NCBI RefSeq assembly: GCF_000284115.1
Contig: NC_017080.1
Location: 2,310,001-2,342,000 of the forward strand
DNA from: Phycisphaera mikurensis NBRC 102666
Lineage (GTDB): Bacteria; Planctomycetota; Phycisphaerae; Phycisphaerales; Phycisphaeraceae
Direction of reading: 5' to 3'
DNA: 32,000 bases
Each line of letters opens with the position of its first letter. The first letter of the stretch is position 1. This document shows, piece by piece, positions 1-8,315 of this stretch. The position numbers and the translations under genes are program-made. The notes beneath the pieces were generated by a model. That model was not told the DNA's origin. It did no database searches and was given only the letters and a program-made list of their open reading frames with translations.

Positions 1-1221
1 AACCCGCCGACCGTCGATCGGATGAGGCGGATCTTCGGCGACCTCAACTCGCAGACGGAGCTGACCGCGGCGACCTTCGCGGTCTTCAACGAGCGGGGCC
101 ACCAGCAGCTGGTCGAGGGCTTCTTCCCCTCGGCCGCGGGCGACGCCTTCAACTACAAGAACCGGTACCGCGACGCGATCCAGACCCTGCTGGCGGGCCC
201 GGGCCCCGCGGCGGGCTTCGCGGAACAAAACGGCGTCCTGCTCCCCACGCTCAAGGCGGGGCTTCCCCCTCAGGCGCAGACGCTGCAGACGCGGCTGAAC
301 CGCATCGCCGAGGAGGGTGCCCGCGCCTTCGGGGACCGGCTGACCGAAGACCAGATCCGGCGGCTCGAGGACGAGCAGCGGGTGGAGTTGCTGGAGGCCC
401 TAACCGAGCGTGCCCGCGCGTTGGACGTCTACGCGATCAACGACATCGGCCCCACGACGGCGCTGAATCCCGAGTACCCGCTGCCCGTGCTCCGCTACGT
501 CTACGAGGGCTCCCAGCCGGAGCCGCGGCAGATGTGGGAGAGCCAGATGCAGACGTGGATCCTCCAGGACCTCATCGCATCGATCGGCTTGGCCAACGGC
601 GTGCCGGTCCCGGGTGTGGCCCCGCTGCCCGCCGCGGCACGCGGCGAAGGGGGCAGCGCCCAGGGCGTCCTCGGAGCCGTCGTGAAGCGACTGATCAGCG
701 CGGACGTCCTGCCGGGCTACGTCGGCATCCAGAGCTCCGGCGGCGTCGGCCAGCTCGACAGCGACACGAACACCGGCCGCAACGCCTCCGCGGGCTTGGC
801 CGCCGGTGCCGGGCCCGTGGAGGGCCTGGCGTCCGATGGTGCCGGCATCCCGGTGATCAAACCGAACTACTTCGTCAGCCCGACCGGGCGTACCAGCAAC
901 CCGGTCTTCGACGTCCGCCACACCCGCCTGCGGGTGCACGCCGATTACACCCGCCTCCCGCTGCTCTTCGAGGCGATGGCGAAGATCAACTTCATCTCCG
1001 TCGTCGACATGAAGCTCGCCTCGATCGACGAATACGACTACTCCACCAGCGGCCGCCTCGGCGGGCCCTTCGTCTACGGCGTCGGGGAGATCGTCGACGT
1101 GGAGATGATCGTCGAGAGCCTCTGGTTCAGGAGCTGGACCGTGCCGCTGATGCCTGACAGCGTCAAGACCACGCTGGGCATCGCCACGGTCGAGCCCGCC
1201 GTCGCCGACGACACCTTCTAG
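1..1221 (+). CDS. Hypothetical protein, probably 5'-truncated by the window edge
   Basis: The frame is open from nt 1, with no stop before the ATG at 22 and no obvious SD upstream of it. GC3 is high throughout. The stop is at 1219-1221. I recognise no family motif. Confidence 0.6.
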   Translation, partial: NPPTVDRMRRIFGDLNSQTELTAATFAVFNERGHQQLVEGFFPSAAGDAFNYKNRYRDAIQTLLAGPGPAAGFAEQNGVLLPTLKAGLPPQAQTLQTRLNRIAEEGARAFGDRLTEDQIRRLEDEQRVELLEALTERARALDVYAINDIGPTTALNPEYPLPVLRYVYEGSQPEPRQMWESQMQTWILQDLIASIGLANGVPVPGVAPLPAAARGEGGSAQGVLGAVVKRLISADVLPGYVGIQSSGGVGQLDSDTNTGRNASAGLAAGAGPVEGLASDGAGIPVIKPNYFVSPTGRTSNPVFDVRHTRLRVHADYTRLPLLFEAMAKINFISVVDMKLASIDEYDYSTSGRLGGPFVYGVGEIVDVEMIVESLWFRSWTVPLMPDSVKTTLGIATVEPAVADDTF

Positions 1222-1300
1222 ACGCGGGCCGGCCCCCACGCCCGCCCCCGAGCACCCCCGGCCTCGCGCCGCTTCCCGCCATCCTCCCTCTGGACCCTCC

Positions 1301-3319
1301 ATGGCCGCACGCCAAGCCGGCTTCTTCGTGAAGCACACGGAAAAGATCATCCTCGCGGTCGCCGCGGCCTTCGCCCTCCTCCTGGTCGCCATCGCGTGGC
1401 TCGGCGTGTTCGGGAGCCCCGCCAGCACGCGGATCAACGGCGTGGTGGTGACCCCCGAGAACGTGCAGGACATCGTCAACGCCGAGGCGGACCGCCTCCG
1501 ATCCAAGCTCGACGAGACCGAGCCCGGCGTGCCCGAGGTGCAGATCCCCAACTACGCCGAGGACTTCTCCAGCCGCATCGCCGCGCCGATCCTCGCGGGC
1601 GATCCGCGGTTGGTTAGCGGAGGCTTGGACCGAGCGGGCCTCACCGCGGCCACCTTCGTGCTGCAGCAGAACAGCTTCCCGGCCTACTTCCTGCCCACCC
1701 CGCCGGTCCCGACGGACGTGACGCTCAAGGCGGGCACCGCGGTGCTCGCCGACCCCGCGAGCGAGGGCGACGCCGCGGCGCGGGAGCGGCTGGTGGAGCT
1801 GCGGAACCGGCTGGACATCCGCGAGCCGGGCGACTTCCAGTTCGTCTCGGTGATGGGGCGCTTCCCGTTGCAGAGCTGGAGCGAGCGGCTGGAGGGGCAG
1901 GACCCCGAGGGTTCGCGGCAGCCGATCCCCGAGAACGTCTGGCGGCCGCGGCTGGGCCTGGCGGCGGTGTACCTCCTCCGCCAGCGGCAGGACGCCCGCA
2001 CCGGCGCCTGGGGCGAGCCCGAGCGGGTCGAGGTGCTCCCGGGCCAGCCGGGCTTCCTGCCGGGCGAGCCGACGGGGATCGAGGACCTCCCGCAGGCGCA
2101 GGCCGCCGTCGCCTTCCTCCAGGCCCAGCAATCCGACGTCGCGCAGGTCCCGTTCCCGGCCACCGCTCACCAGCCCTGGACCCCGCCATCGGGCCGCGAT
2201 CGGGTCTTCACCCCGGAGGAGCGGGAGCGGCTGGCGGAGCTCGAGGAGGACATCGAGCAGCTGAAGAGCTCGATCGCGCGTGAGCAGGGGCGGGATGAAC
2301 CCACCTCCCAGCCGGAGCGGCGGCGGCCGCAGCGTCCCGAGCGGAACCGTGGCGGCGGCGGCTTCGGCGGCGGCTTCGCGGGCGGCGGCTTCGACGGTGG
2401 TTTCGGCGGCGGCCCGGATTTCGGCGGGGGGCCGCCGCGCGGCGTCGACCGCGGGGGTCCGTCGGCGGGCAGCGATCCCGACCAGCGGCGGATCCAACGC
2501 TTCCAGGACGAGCTCGCGGAGAAGCAGGCGGAGCTCAACGACCTTCTGGGCGTCGATGAAGACCTCTCCGTGCCCGGCGGCGGCTTCCCCGGGAGCGGCG
2601 GCTTCCCCGGCGGCGGCGGGTTCGACGGCGGGTTCGGAGGCGGCTTCGACGGCGGCGGCTTCCCCGGGAACATGGACGGCTTCGCGGGCAGCCGAGGCGG
2701 TGCCGGCACGGGACTGGGCACCGCCGAGGCCGCCGGCCCCGAAGAGGTCGTGATCTGGGCGCACGACCTCACGGCACAGCCGGGCGAGACGTACCGCTAC
2801 AAGCTGCTCGCCGCGCCGATCAACCCGCTGTTCCGCTACAGCCGCGTCGCCGACGAGCAGCGGGAGGAGAACCGCGACCGCTTGGCGATCGCCCCCTCGG
2901 CGGAGGAGGTGGAGGGGCTTGAATGGACACCGCCGGTCACCTTGAACCCGCTCGCGGACTTCTTCTTCCTCAGCGGGAACGCGGAGCAGGACCGCGCCAA
3001 CATCGAGGTCTGGAAGGTCTACGACGGCCTCTGGCAGGTTGCCACCTTCGAGGAGAATCCCGGCAACGGCATCGGCGGGACCGAGACGCTCGACGTGCGG
3101 GGGCGGCGGCAGCGCGTCGATCTCTCCACCGGTGCCCTTCTGCTGGACATCGATGTGCTCCAGGCGATCGACCGCAACCCCGACACCCGCATGGTCTACG
3201 AGAACCCGGACGGCACCATCCGCAGCCGCATGCGGCAGGACGACCAGGAGAGCGAGCGTCGCAGGCTGCTGCAGGATCGGCTTCAGACGCAGCAGGAGCA
3301 GCTCGGGCTCGCCGGCTGA
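1301..3319 (+). CDS. Membrane-anchored hypothetical protein with two Gly/Phe-rich low-complexity blocks and coiled-coil segments
   Basis: ATG at 1301. An N-terminal hydrophobic helix (IILAVAAAFALLLVAIAWLGVF) follows a basic stretch. Charged heptad-like segments (EERERLAELEEDIEQLKSSIARE, RIQRFQDELAEKQAELNDLL) flank GGGFGGGFAGGGFDGGFGGG-type blocks. The C-terminal region is globular (VVIWAHDLTAQPGETYRYKLL...). Confidence 0.7.
   Translation: MAARQAGFFVKHTEKIILAVAAAFALLLVAIAWLGVFGSPASTRINGVVVTPENVQDIVNAEADRLRSKLDETEPGVPEVQIPNYAEDFSSRIAAPILAGDPRLVSGGLDRAGLTAATFVLQQNSFPAYFLPTPPVPTDVTLKAGTAVLADPASEGDAAARERLVELRNRLDIREPGDFQFVSVMGRFPLQSWSERLEGQDPEGSRQPIPENVWRPRLGLAAVYLLRQRQDARTGAWGEPERVEVLPGQPGFLPGEPTGIEDLPQAQAAVAFLQAQQSDVAQVPFPATAHQPWTPPSGRDRVFTPEERERLAELEEDIEQLKSSIAREQGRDEPTSQPERRRPQRPERNRGGGGFGGGFAGGGFDGGFGGGPDFGGGPPRGVDRGGPSAGSDPDQRRIQRFQDELAEKQAELNDLLGVDEDLSVPGGGFPGSGGFPGGGGFDGGFGGGFDGGGFPGNMDGFAGSRGGAGTGLGTAEAAGPEEVVIWAHDLTAQPGETYRYKLLAAPINPLFRYSRVADEQREENRDRLAIAPSAEEVEGLEWTPPVTLNPLADFFFLSGNAEQDRANIEVWKVYDGLWQVATFEENPGNGIGGTETLDVRGRRQRVDLSTGALLLDIDVLQAIDRNPDTRMVYENPDGTIRSRMRQDDQESERRRLLQDRLQTQQEQLGLAG
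2350..2433 (+). repeat. Low-complexity GGC/TTC-rich coding repeat (Gly/Phe block 1)
   Basis: The DNA reads ggcggcggcggcttcggcggcggcttcgcgggcggcggcttcgacggtggtttcggcggcggc, encoding GGGGFGGGFAGGGFDGGFGGGPDFGGGPP. Confidence 0.8.
2572..2710 (+). repeat. Low-complexity GGC/TTC-rich coding repeat (Gly/Phe block 2)
   Basis: Encodes PGGGFPGSGGFPGGGGFDGGFGGGFDGGGFPGNMDGFAGSRGGAG. Confidence 0.8.
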
Positions 3320-3729
3320 CGCTTCGCGGCGGATCCCGCGGCCGCCTGCACCGTTTCAGGACGTTGTCGATCCACCAGCTGCCGGGCGCGAGCCTCGGCG
3401 CAGGTGGCTCATCCACACCGTGGATGTGGCGGCGGATCCAAGCGGAGAAGCCCGACGCCCCAACAACGCGGTGCGTCGCGTGCGGGCTGTTTCGGCCGGA
3501 ACCGGCTTCTCCATCGACGGTGCCGTCGAGGCGCCTGCCGCGTTGTCCGAACGGTTCTTGCTTGAACGCGGACGACCGCGGCTTCGGGTCCGGCTCCTGC
3601 CTAGCGTCGAGCACCCGGGCAGCGTCTGCGGCTGACGCACCTGCTCGGGGTTGCAGCCGATCCTGGGAACGGCCGATGGCATGCCTTCCGGGTGCCGACT
3701 GCCACAAAGCACGACCGCCACTGTCACCC

Positions 3730-5364
3730 ATGCCCCCGCTCGCCACCCCGAAGCCCTCTCCGACCTCCGAAACCGCCGCACCCCACCGCCCGGCCGTGAA
3801 GACGCTGGTCGTGGGCGGCGGTCCGGCCGGTCTGACCGCCGCGTACGAGCTGCTGAAGCACGATCCCGATGCGGCGCCGCTGGTGCTCGAGGCCACCGAC
3901 CAGGTCGGCGGCATCGCCCGGACCGAGGTCTACAAGGGCTACCGCTTCGACATCGGCGGGCACCGCTTCTTCACCAAGGTGAAGGAGGTCGAGGAGATGT
4001 GGCACGAGGTGATGGGCGACGACTTCATCGACGTGCCCCGCCAGAGCCGGATCTACTACCAAGGCAAGTACTACGACTACCCGCTGTCGATCGGCAACAC
4101 GCTGTCGAACCTGGGCGTCTACGAATCGGCGCGGATCCTCCTGTCGTACCTCAAGTGGAAGGTGAAGCCCAGCGAGCAGGAGGAGAACTTCGAGCAGTGG
4201 GTGAGCAACCGCTTCGGCGGGCGGCTGTTCTGGCACTTCTTCCGCACGTACACGGAGAAGGTTTGGGGCATCCCGTGCACCGAGATCCGGGCGGACTGGG
4301 CCGCTCAGCGGATCAAGGACCTCTCGCTCAAGAAAGCCGTGCTCGACGCCCTGACCGGCAAGAGCGACACAACCTCGCTGATCAAGACCTTCAAGTACCC
4401 GCCGCTGGGACCCGGCCAGATGTGGGAGCGCTTCGCCGAGATCATCGAGGCCAAGGGCGGCGAGGTGCGGATGCAGACACGGGTCCACCGGTTCCACCGG
4501 GAGGGCAAGCGGATCGTGTCCGCCGAGGTGCGCAGCCACACCGACCACGCCGACCACCCCGGCGACCACGACGCCGAGGCGGACGCGATCGAGGGCAAGA
4601 CCTACCCGATCGAGGCGGATCAGGTCATCAGCACGATGCCGCTCACGACGCTCGTGCGGGCGATGGACCCGCCGGCGCCCGACGACGTGCTCGCGGCCGC
4701 GGACGGACTGAACTACCGTGACTTCTTGATCGTCACGCTGATCCTCGACCGCAAGGACCCGTTCCCGGACAACTGGATCTACATCCACAGCCCGGAGGTC
4801 AAGGTCGGGCGGATCCAGAACTTCCGCAGCTGGTCCGAGGCCATGGTGCCCGACCCGAATCACGCCAGCATCGGCATGGAATACTTCTGCCACCGCGGCG
4901 ACGGCCTCTGGACCTCGACCGACGAGGAGCTGATCGCGCTGGCAACCGAGGAGCTCGGCAAGCTGGGTCTTTCCAAAGCGGAGGCCGTGATCGACGGGAC
5001 GGTGATCCGGCAGCCCAAGGCCTACCCGGTCTACGACGCGGACTACAAGCGGCACGTCGAGACGATCGAGCAGTGGGTCAAGACGCTGGAGAACCTGCAC
5101 ACGGTCGGCCGCAACGGCATGCACCGGTACAACAACCAAGACCACTCGATGCTCTCGGCGATGCACGCGGCCCGCAACGTCCTCGGCGGCGCGTACGACC
5201 CGTGGAACATCAACGTCGAGCGCTCCTACCACGAGGAGTTCGTGGTGAAGCCGAAGGACGGCAAAGCCGCAAACAAAGACGCGACCAGCGGGCTCGAGGA
5301 GGCCGCCGTCGCCGTCGAGCGGATGCAGCCGCAGCCGGTGGGAAGCGACAAGGCCGCAAGCTGA
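3730..5364 (+). CDS. NAD(P)/FAD-dependent oxidoreductase (amine-oxidase / UDP-galactopyranose-mutase-like fold)
   Basis: Rossmann dinucleotide motif VVGGGPAGLTAAYEL shortly after the ATG at 3730. The conserved stretch YKGYRFDIGGHRFFTK...IYYQGKYYDYPL is typical of this family in glycan loci. The part of track ORF 2923..5364 upstream of 3730 is Arg/Pro/Ala-rich and looks non-coding. Confidence 0.85.
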   Translation: MPPLATPKPSPTSETAAPHRPAVKTLVVGGGPAGLTAAYELLKHDPDAAPLVLEATDQVGGIARTEVYKGYRFDIGGHRFFTKVKEVEEMWHEVMGDDFIDVPRQSRIYYQGKYYDYPLSIGNTLSNLGVYESARILLSYLKWKVKPSEQEENFEQWVSNRFGGRLFWHFFRTYTEKVWGIPCTEIRADWAAQRIKDLSLKKAVLDALTGKSDTTSLIKTFKYPPLGPGQMWERFAEIIEAKGGEVRMQTRVHRFHREGKRIVSAEVRSHTDHADHPGDHDAEADAIEGKTYPIEADQVISTMPLTTLVRAMDPPAPDDVLAAADGLNYRDFLIVTLILDRKDPFPDNWIYIHSPEVKVGRIQNFRSWSEAMVPDPNHASIGMEYFCHRGDGLWTSTDEELIALATEELGKLGLSKAEAVIDGTVIRQPKAYPVYDADYKRHVETIEQWVKTLENLHTVGRNGMHRYNNQDHSMLSAMHAARNVLGGAYDPWNINVERSYHEEFVVKPKDGKAANKDATSGLEEAAVAVERMQPQPVGSDKAAS

Positions 5365-8279
5365 GCGACCACGCGCCCACGGCCGCCGAAGAACAAGCCG
5401 CGGGTTCGGCGGAGCCGCAGACGGCGGCACGCCTCGGCTTCGTCGTCGTCGTGCCCGCCAGAGACGCGGAGGCGACGCTGCCAGCCTGCCTCGCGGCGGT
5501 CCGAGCTTCGCGCCGGAAGCCGGAACAAGTGGTCGTCGTCGACGACGGCTCGTTCGACGGCACGGCCGCGGCCGCGGAGGCGGCCGGGGCGTGGGTCCTG
5601 CGCCCCGAGGACGCCCCGATCGGGCCGGGCCGGGCCCGGGACCTCGCGGTCCGGCGGATCGGCCAGGCGGCGGGCGCCGCGCCGCCCGCCGCCGTGGTGG
5701 CGGTGGTGGACGCGGACGTCGTCGTCCACCCCGACGCGTTCGGGTTGCTGATCGATGAGCTGGAGCGGGATCCCGGCGTGGTCGCGGCGTTCGGCGCCTA
5801 CGACGAGCGGCCGCCCGCGCCGGCGGTCGCGTCCCGGTACGCGAACCTCCGCCACCACTTCACGCACCAGCAGGCCGGTGGCGAGGCCGTGACGTTCTGG
5901 GCCGGGCTGGGCGTCGTGCGGCGGGACGCGTGGGAGGGCGTCGGCGGCTTCGGAAGCCGCTACGAACGCCCCGCCATCGAGGACATCGATCTGGGGCGGA
6001 GGCTGGTGGCGGCCGGCGGCCGGATCCGCTGCGTGCCCGCCGCGCAGGCGACCCACCACAAGGCCTGGACGCTCCGGCAGCTGTGGCGGACCGACGTCTT
6101 CCAGCGGGCGCTGCCCTGGTCTCGTCTGATCGTGAACGAGCCCGCCGTGGTGCCGGTGCCGCCGCCGGCGGGCGGCGTCGGGGCCGCTCCCGCGAGGCTG
6201 AACACCGGGCGGGCGGACCAGCTCTCGGCGCTCGCCGTGCACGGGTTCTGGCTGAGCTTGCTCGCGGGCATGTTCATGGACCCGCTGCTGCTCGTCGTGC
6301 CGGCGCTGCTGCTCGGTGCCTGGATCGTGCTCAACGGCCGCTTCCTCGCGTTGCTCGCGCGGCGCGGCGGCGTGAAGCTGCTGCTCGGCGGCGGCCTGCT
6401 GCACGCGGCCTACCACGGCTACGCGAGCGTCGCCTTTGCCTGGGTGCTGCTGGAGAGCCGCTGGGCCGCCGCCGGGCCGCACCGCCGTGCCGGCTGGCCG
6501 TCCCGCGTCGCCACCGCCCTGCCGGCGATCGGCTTGCTCGGCGGCGGCGTCGGCCTGCTGCTGGTGGCGGCGCTGCCGACCCCCACGGTCGCCAACGCCT
6601 TTGCCTCCCTCGGCGACGGGGCGGGACTCTTCGACGACGCCGCGGCCGGCGCGGCGGGGATCCAGGCGCGGGGCGCCGCCCTGGGGCTCTGCCTGCTCGC
6701 GATGGCGGCGGCGCTGCTGGCCCTGGGCCCGCGGGCGGTCGGCCGCTCGCTGCGGGGGCTGCCGCGGACCGTCGGCAGTGTGGCGCTCCCGGCCCGGCGG
6801 TCCGCGGTCCTGGCCGTGCTCGGCCTCGCGACCGCGGCGCTGGCGCTGCGGATCTACCTCCACCTCGGCCACCCGATGCGGGCCGACGAGGCCCAGACGT
6901 TTCTGCGGTCCGCGGCCGCGTCGCCGCTGGTCACGGTGGCGGTCTGGGACTCGCCCAACAACCACATCTTGCACTCGGTGCTGATGCGGCTGTCGGTGAT
7001 GCTGTTCGGCGAGGCGGAGTGGGCGGTGCGGCTGCCGGCGGCGGCGATGGCTACGCTGGCGACGCCGCTGGTCTTCCTGGGGCTGCGTCCGCACCTGGGC
7101 GTGGCGGCCGCGCTGCTGGCCGCGGCGGCGTGGGCGGGCTCGGGCTACGCCCTGGAGGCGGGCACCAACGCGCGCGGCTACCCGATCGTAATCGCCATGA
7201 CGATGGTGCTGGCCGCCGTGGCTCCGCGGCTGGCGAGGGGCCGGGCCGGGGCGCTGCCGATCGCGGCCGCGGCCGCCGCGGTGGGAGCCTGGGCCGTCCC
7301 GGTGATGCTGCTGCCCTTCGGCGGGCTGGTCGCTTACGTCCTGCTCGCCGCCGCGACGCCGCTGCGCCGCCGGATTGCCCAGGCCGCCGGGCTCGTCGCG
7401 GCGACGGGTTCGCTCTGCCTGCTGCTGTACGCCCCGGCCCTGGTGATGCGTCCGCCGGGGGAGAGCGGCGCCGCCAGCGCGGTCGCCGACGCGGTGGCTC
7501 CGCTGGGCGTTCCCCAGCGGCTGCGCGTGATCGGCAACAACATCGCCTCCGCGTGGGAGCAGATGGCCTGGCCGGCGACGGGCGGCGCGGCGGTGGTGCT
7601 CGCCGTGCTGCTGGCCACCGGGCTGCTGCTCGGCCTCGCGCGGGGCGGCGGCGCCCGCCGCTTCCTGCTCGCGGCGGTGGCGGGTCAGCTGCTCGTGCTC
7701 GCGGGGCTGGGATTCCCGCCGCTGCCCTGGTGGAGCCTCGGCTTCGCCTTCCCCGTTGCGCTGGGCTGCTTGGTGCTCCCGGGCGCTGCGCTGCTGCGGG
7801 CGGGCCTCGGGGCCCGCGGGTGGCGCACCGCGTCGCCCTGGTTCGCCCTCGCGGTGCTCGGGCTGCTCTGGCCCGCGACGGCGCTGCGCGACTGGTCGCG
7901 AGACTTCCCCAATCGCCTCGGCTTCGCGGCCGGACCGGGTGCGGCGGGGATCATCCACGGCTTGCTGGCCGAGCCCGGAGCGGCGCCGCTGCGGGTGGAC
8001 ATCGGCCCGGGGCAGCTCTCCGCGCTGCGCTACAACGTGCAGCGACGCTGGGCGGGGAATGCGGACCGGGTGGAACCGCCGCGGCTGGGGGGGGCCGAGG
8101 GGGTTGGCCCCACCGAGCGGATCCTCGTGGTGACGGTGCACGACGACCCGCCGCCGACCGACCGCCGGGCCTCGTCGACCCACCGCCGGGCGCCGGAGCG
8201 GACGTGGCGCTTCGCCGACGCGACGCTCCGTCTCTACCTGCCCGCTTCTGAAGCCGCGACGCCCGCGGACCGCCGCTGA
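5361..8279 (+). CDS. Fusion protein: N-terminal family-2 glycosyltransferase plus C-terminal polytopic GT-C-like (ArnT/PMT-like) module. The start codon is unresolved.
   Basis: GT2 signatures are FVVVVPARDAEATL, VVVVDDGSFDGT and VVDADVVVHPDAF. More than 10 hydrophobic helices follow. After the first helix of the second module comes the acidic loop motif HPMRADEAQTF, then SPNNHILHSVLMRLSVMLFG, as in ArnT/PMT-type GT-C enzymes. There is no in-frame ATG, GTG or TTG between 5205 and the GT2 beta-1 strand. The options are CTG 5361 (CTGA overlap with the upstream stop), GTG 5202 or GTG 5073. Confidence 0.7.
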   Translation: MSDHAPTAAEEQAAGSAEPQTAARLGFVVVVPARDAEATLPACLAAVRASRRKPEQVVVVDDGSFDGTAAAAEAAGAWVLRPEDAPIGPGRARDLAVRRIGQAAGAAPPAAVVAVVDADVVVHPDAFGLLIDELERDPGVVAAFGAYDERPPAPAVASRYANLRHHFTHQQAGGEAVTFWAGLGVVRRDAWEGVGGFGSRYERPAIEDIDLGRRLVAAGGRIRCVPAAQATHHKAWTLRQLWRTDVFQRALPWSRLIVNEPAVVPVPPPAGGVGAAPARLNTGRADQLSALAVHGFWLSLLAGMFMDPLLLVVPALLLGAWIVLNGRFLALLARRGGVKLLLGGGLLHAAYHGYASVAFAWVLLESRWAAAGPHRRAGWPSRVATALPAIGLLGGGVGLLLVAALPTPTVANAFASLGDGAGLFDDAAAGAAGIQARGAALGLCLLAMAAALLALGPRAVGRSLRGLPRTVGSVALPARRSAVLAVLGLATAALALRIYLHLGHPMRADEAQTFLRSAAASPLVTVAVWDSPNNHILHSVLMRLSVMLFGEAEWAVRLPAAAMATLATPLVFLGLRPHLGVAAALLAAAAWAGSGYALEAGTNARGYPIVIAMTMVLAAVAPRLARGRAGALPIAAAAAAVGAWAVPVMLLPFGGLVAYVLLAAATPLRRRIAQAAGLVAATGSLCLLLYAPALVMRPPGESGAASAVADAVAPLGVPQRLRVIGNNIASAWEQMAWPATGGAAVVLAVLLATGLLLGLARGGGARRFLLAAVAGQLLVLAGLGFPPLPWWSLGFAFPVALGCLVLPGAALLRAGLGARGWRTASPWFALAVLGLLWPATALRDWSRDFPNRLGFAAGPGAAGIIHGLLAEPGAAPLRVDIGPGQLSALRYNVQRRWAGNADRVEPPRLGGAEGVGPTERILVVTVHDDPPPTDRRASSTHRRAPERTWRFADATLRLYLPASEAATPADRR

Positions 8280-8315
8280 GACGCGGCCGCCGCGGCCGCG
8301 GTCCGCGGATCCGCT

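Noticed and set aside
2620-2635. GTTC...GTTC pair inside the Gly/Phe repeat
   Set aside because: The start-to-start spacing is 12 (N8, not N7), and it arises from repeated GGG-TTC (Gly-Phe) codons within a coding region.
1163-2764. 533-aa minus-strand ORF and several other ORFs overlapping 1301-3319
   Set aside because: They are low-complexity Ala/Arg/Gly/Pro translations antisense to the plus-strand gene. They are partly just the reverse reading of the Gly/Phe repeat DNA.
3549-3567. GAAC/GTTC cluster as a third LexA-type operator
   Set aside because: The spacing does not fit the N7 direct repeat. It is GAAC-N1-GTTC, GTTC-N6-GAAC and GAAC-N11-GAAC. I kept it only as part of the intergenic-gap observation.
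2923-3729. N-terminal 269-codon extension of the FAD oxidoreductase ORF
   Set aside because: It overlaps the end of the previous gene and reads as Arg/Ala/Pro/Cys-rich sequence. The Rossmann motif begins right after the internal ATG at 3730.
4231-4246. A second TGGCAC hexamer as a possible sigma-54 promoter
   Set aside because: It lies inside the oxidoreductase coding sequence (LFWHFFRT). Five nucleotides downstream is CCGCA rather than TTGC, so the -12 element is missing.
5226-8183. 985-aa ORF on the minus strand, antisense to the GT2/GT-C fusion gene
   Set aside because: It is extremely Arg/Pro/Gly/His-rich with no hydrophobic core or recognisable motif. It mirrors a plus-strand gene that has clear family signatures. 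This is a typical GC-driven antisense open frame.
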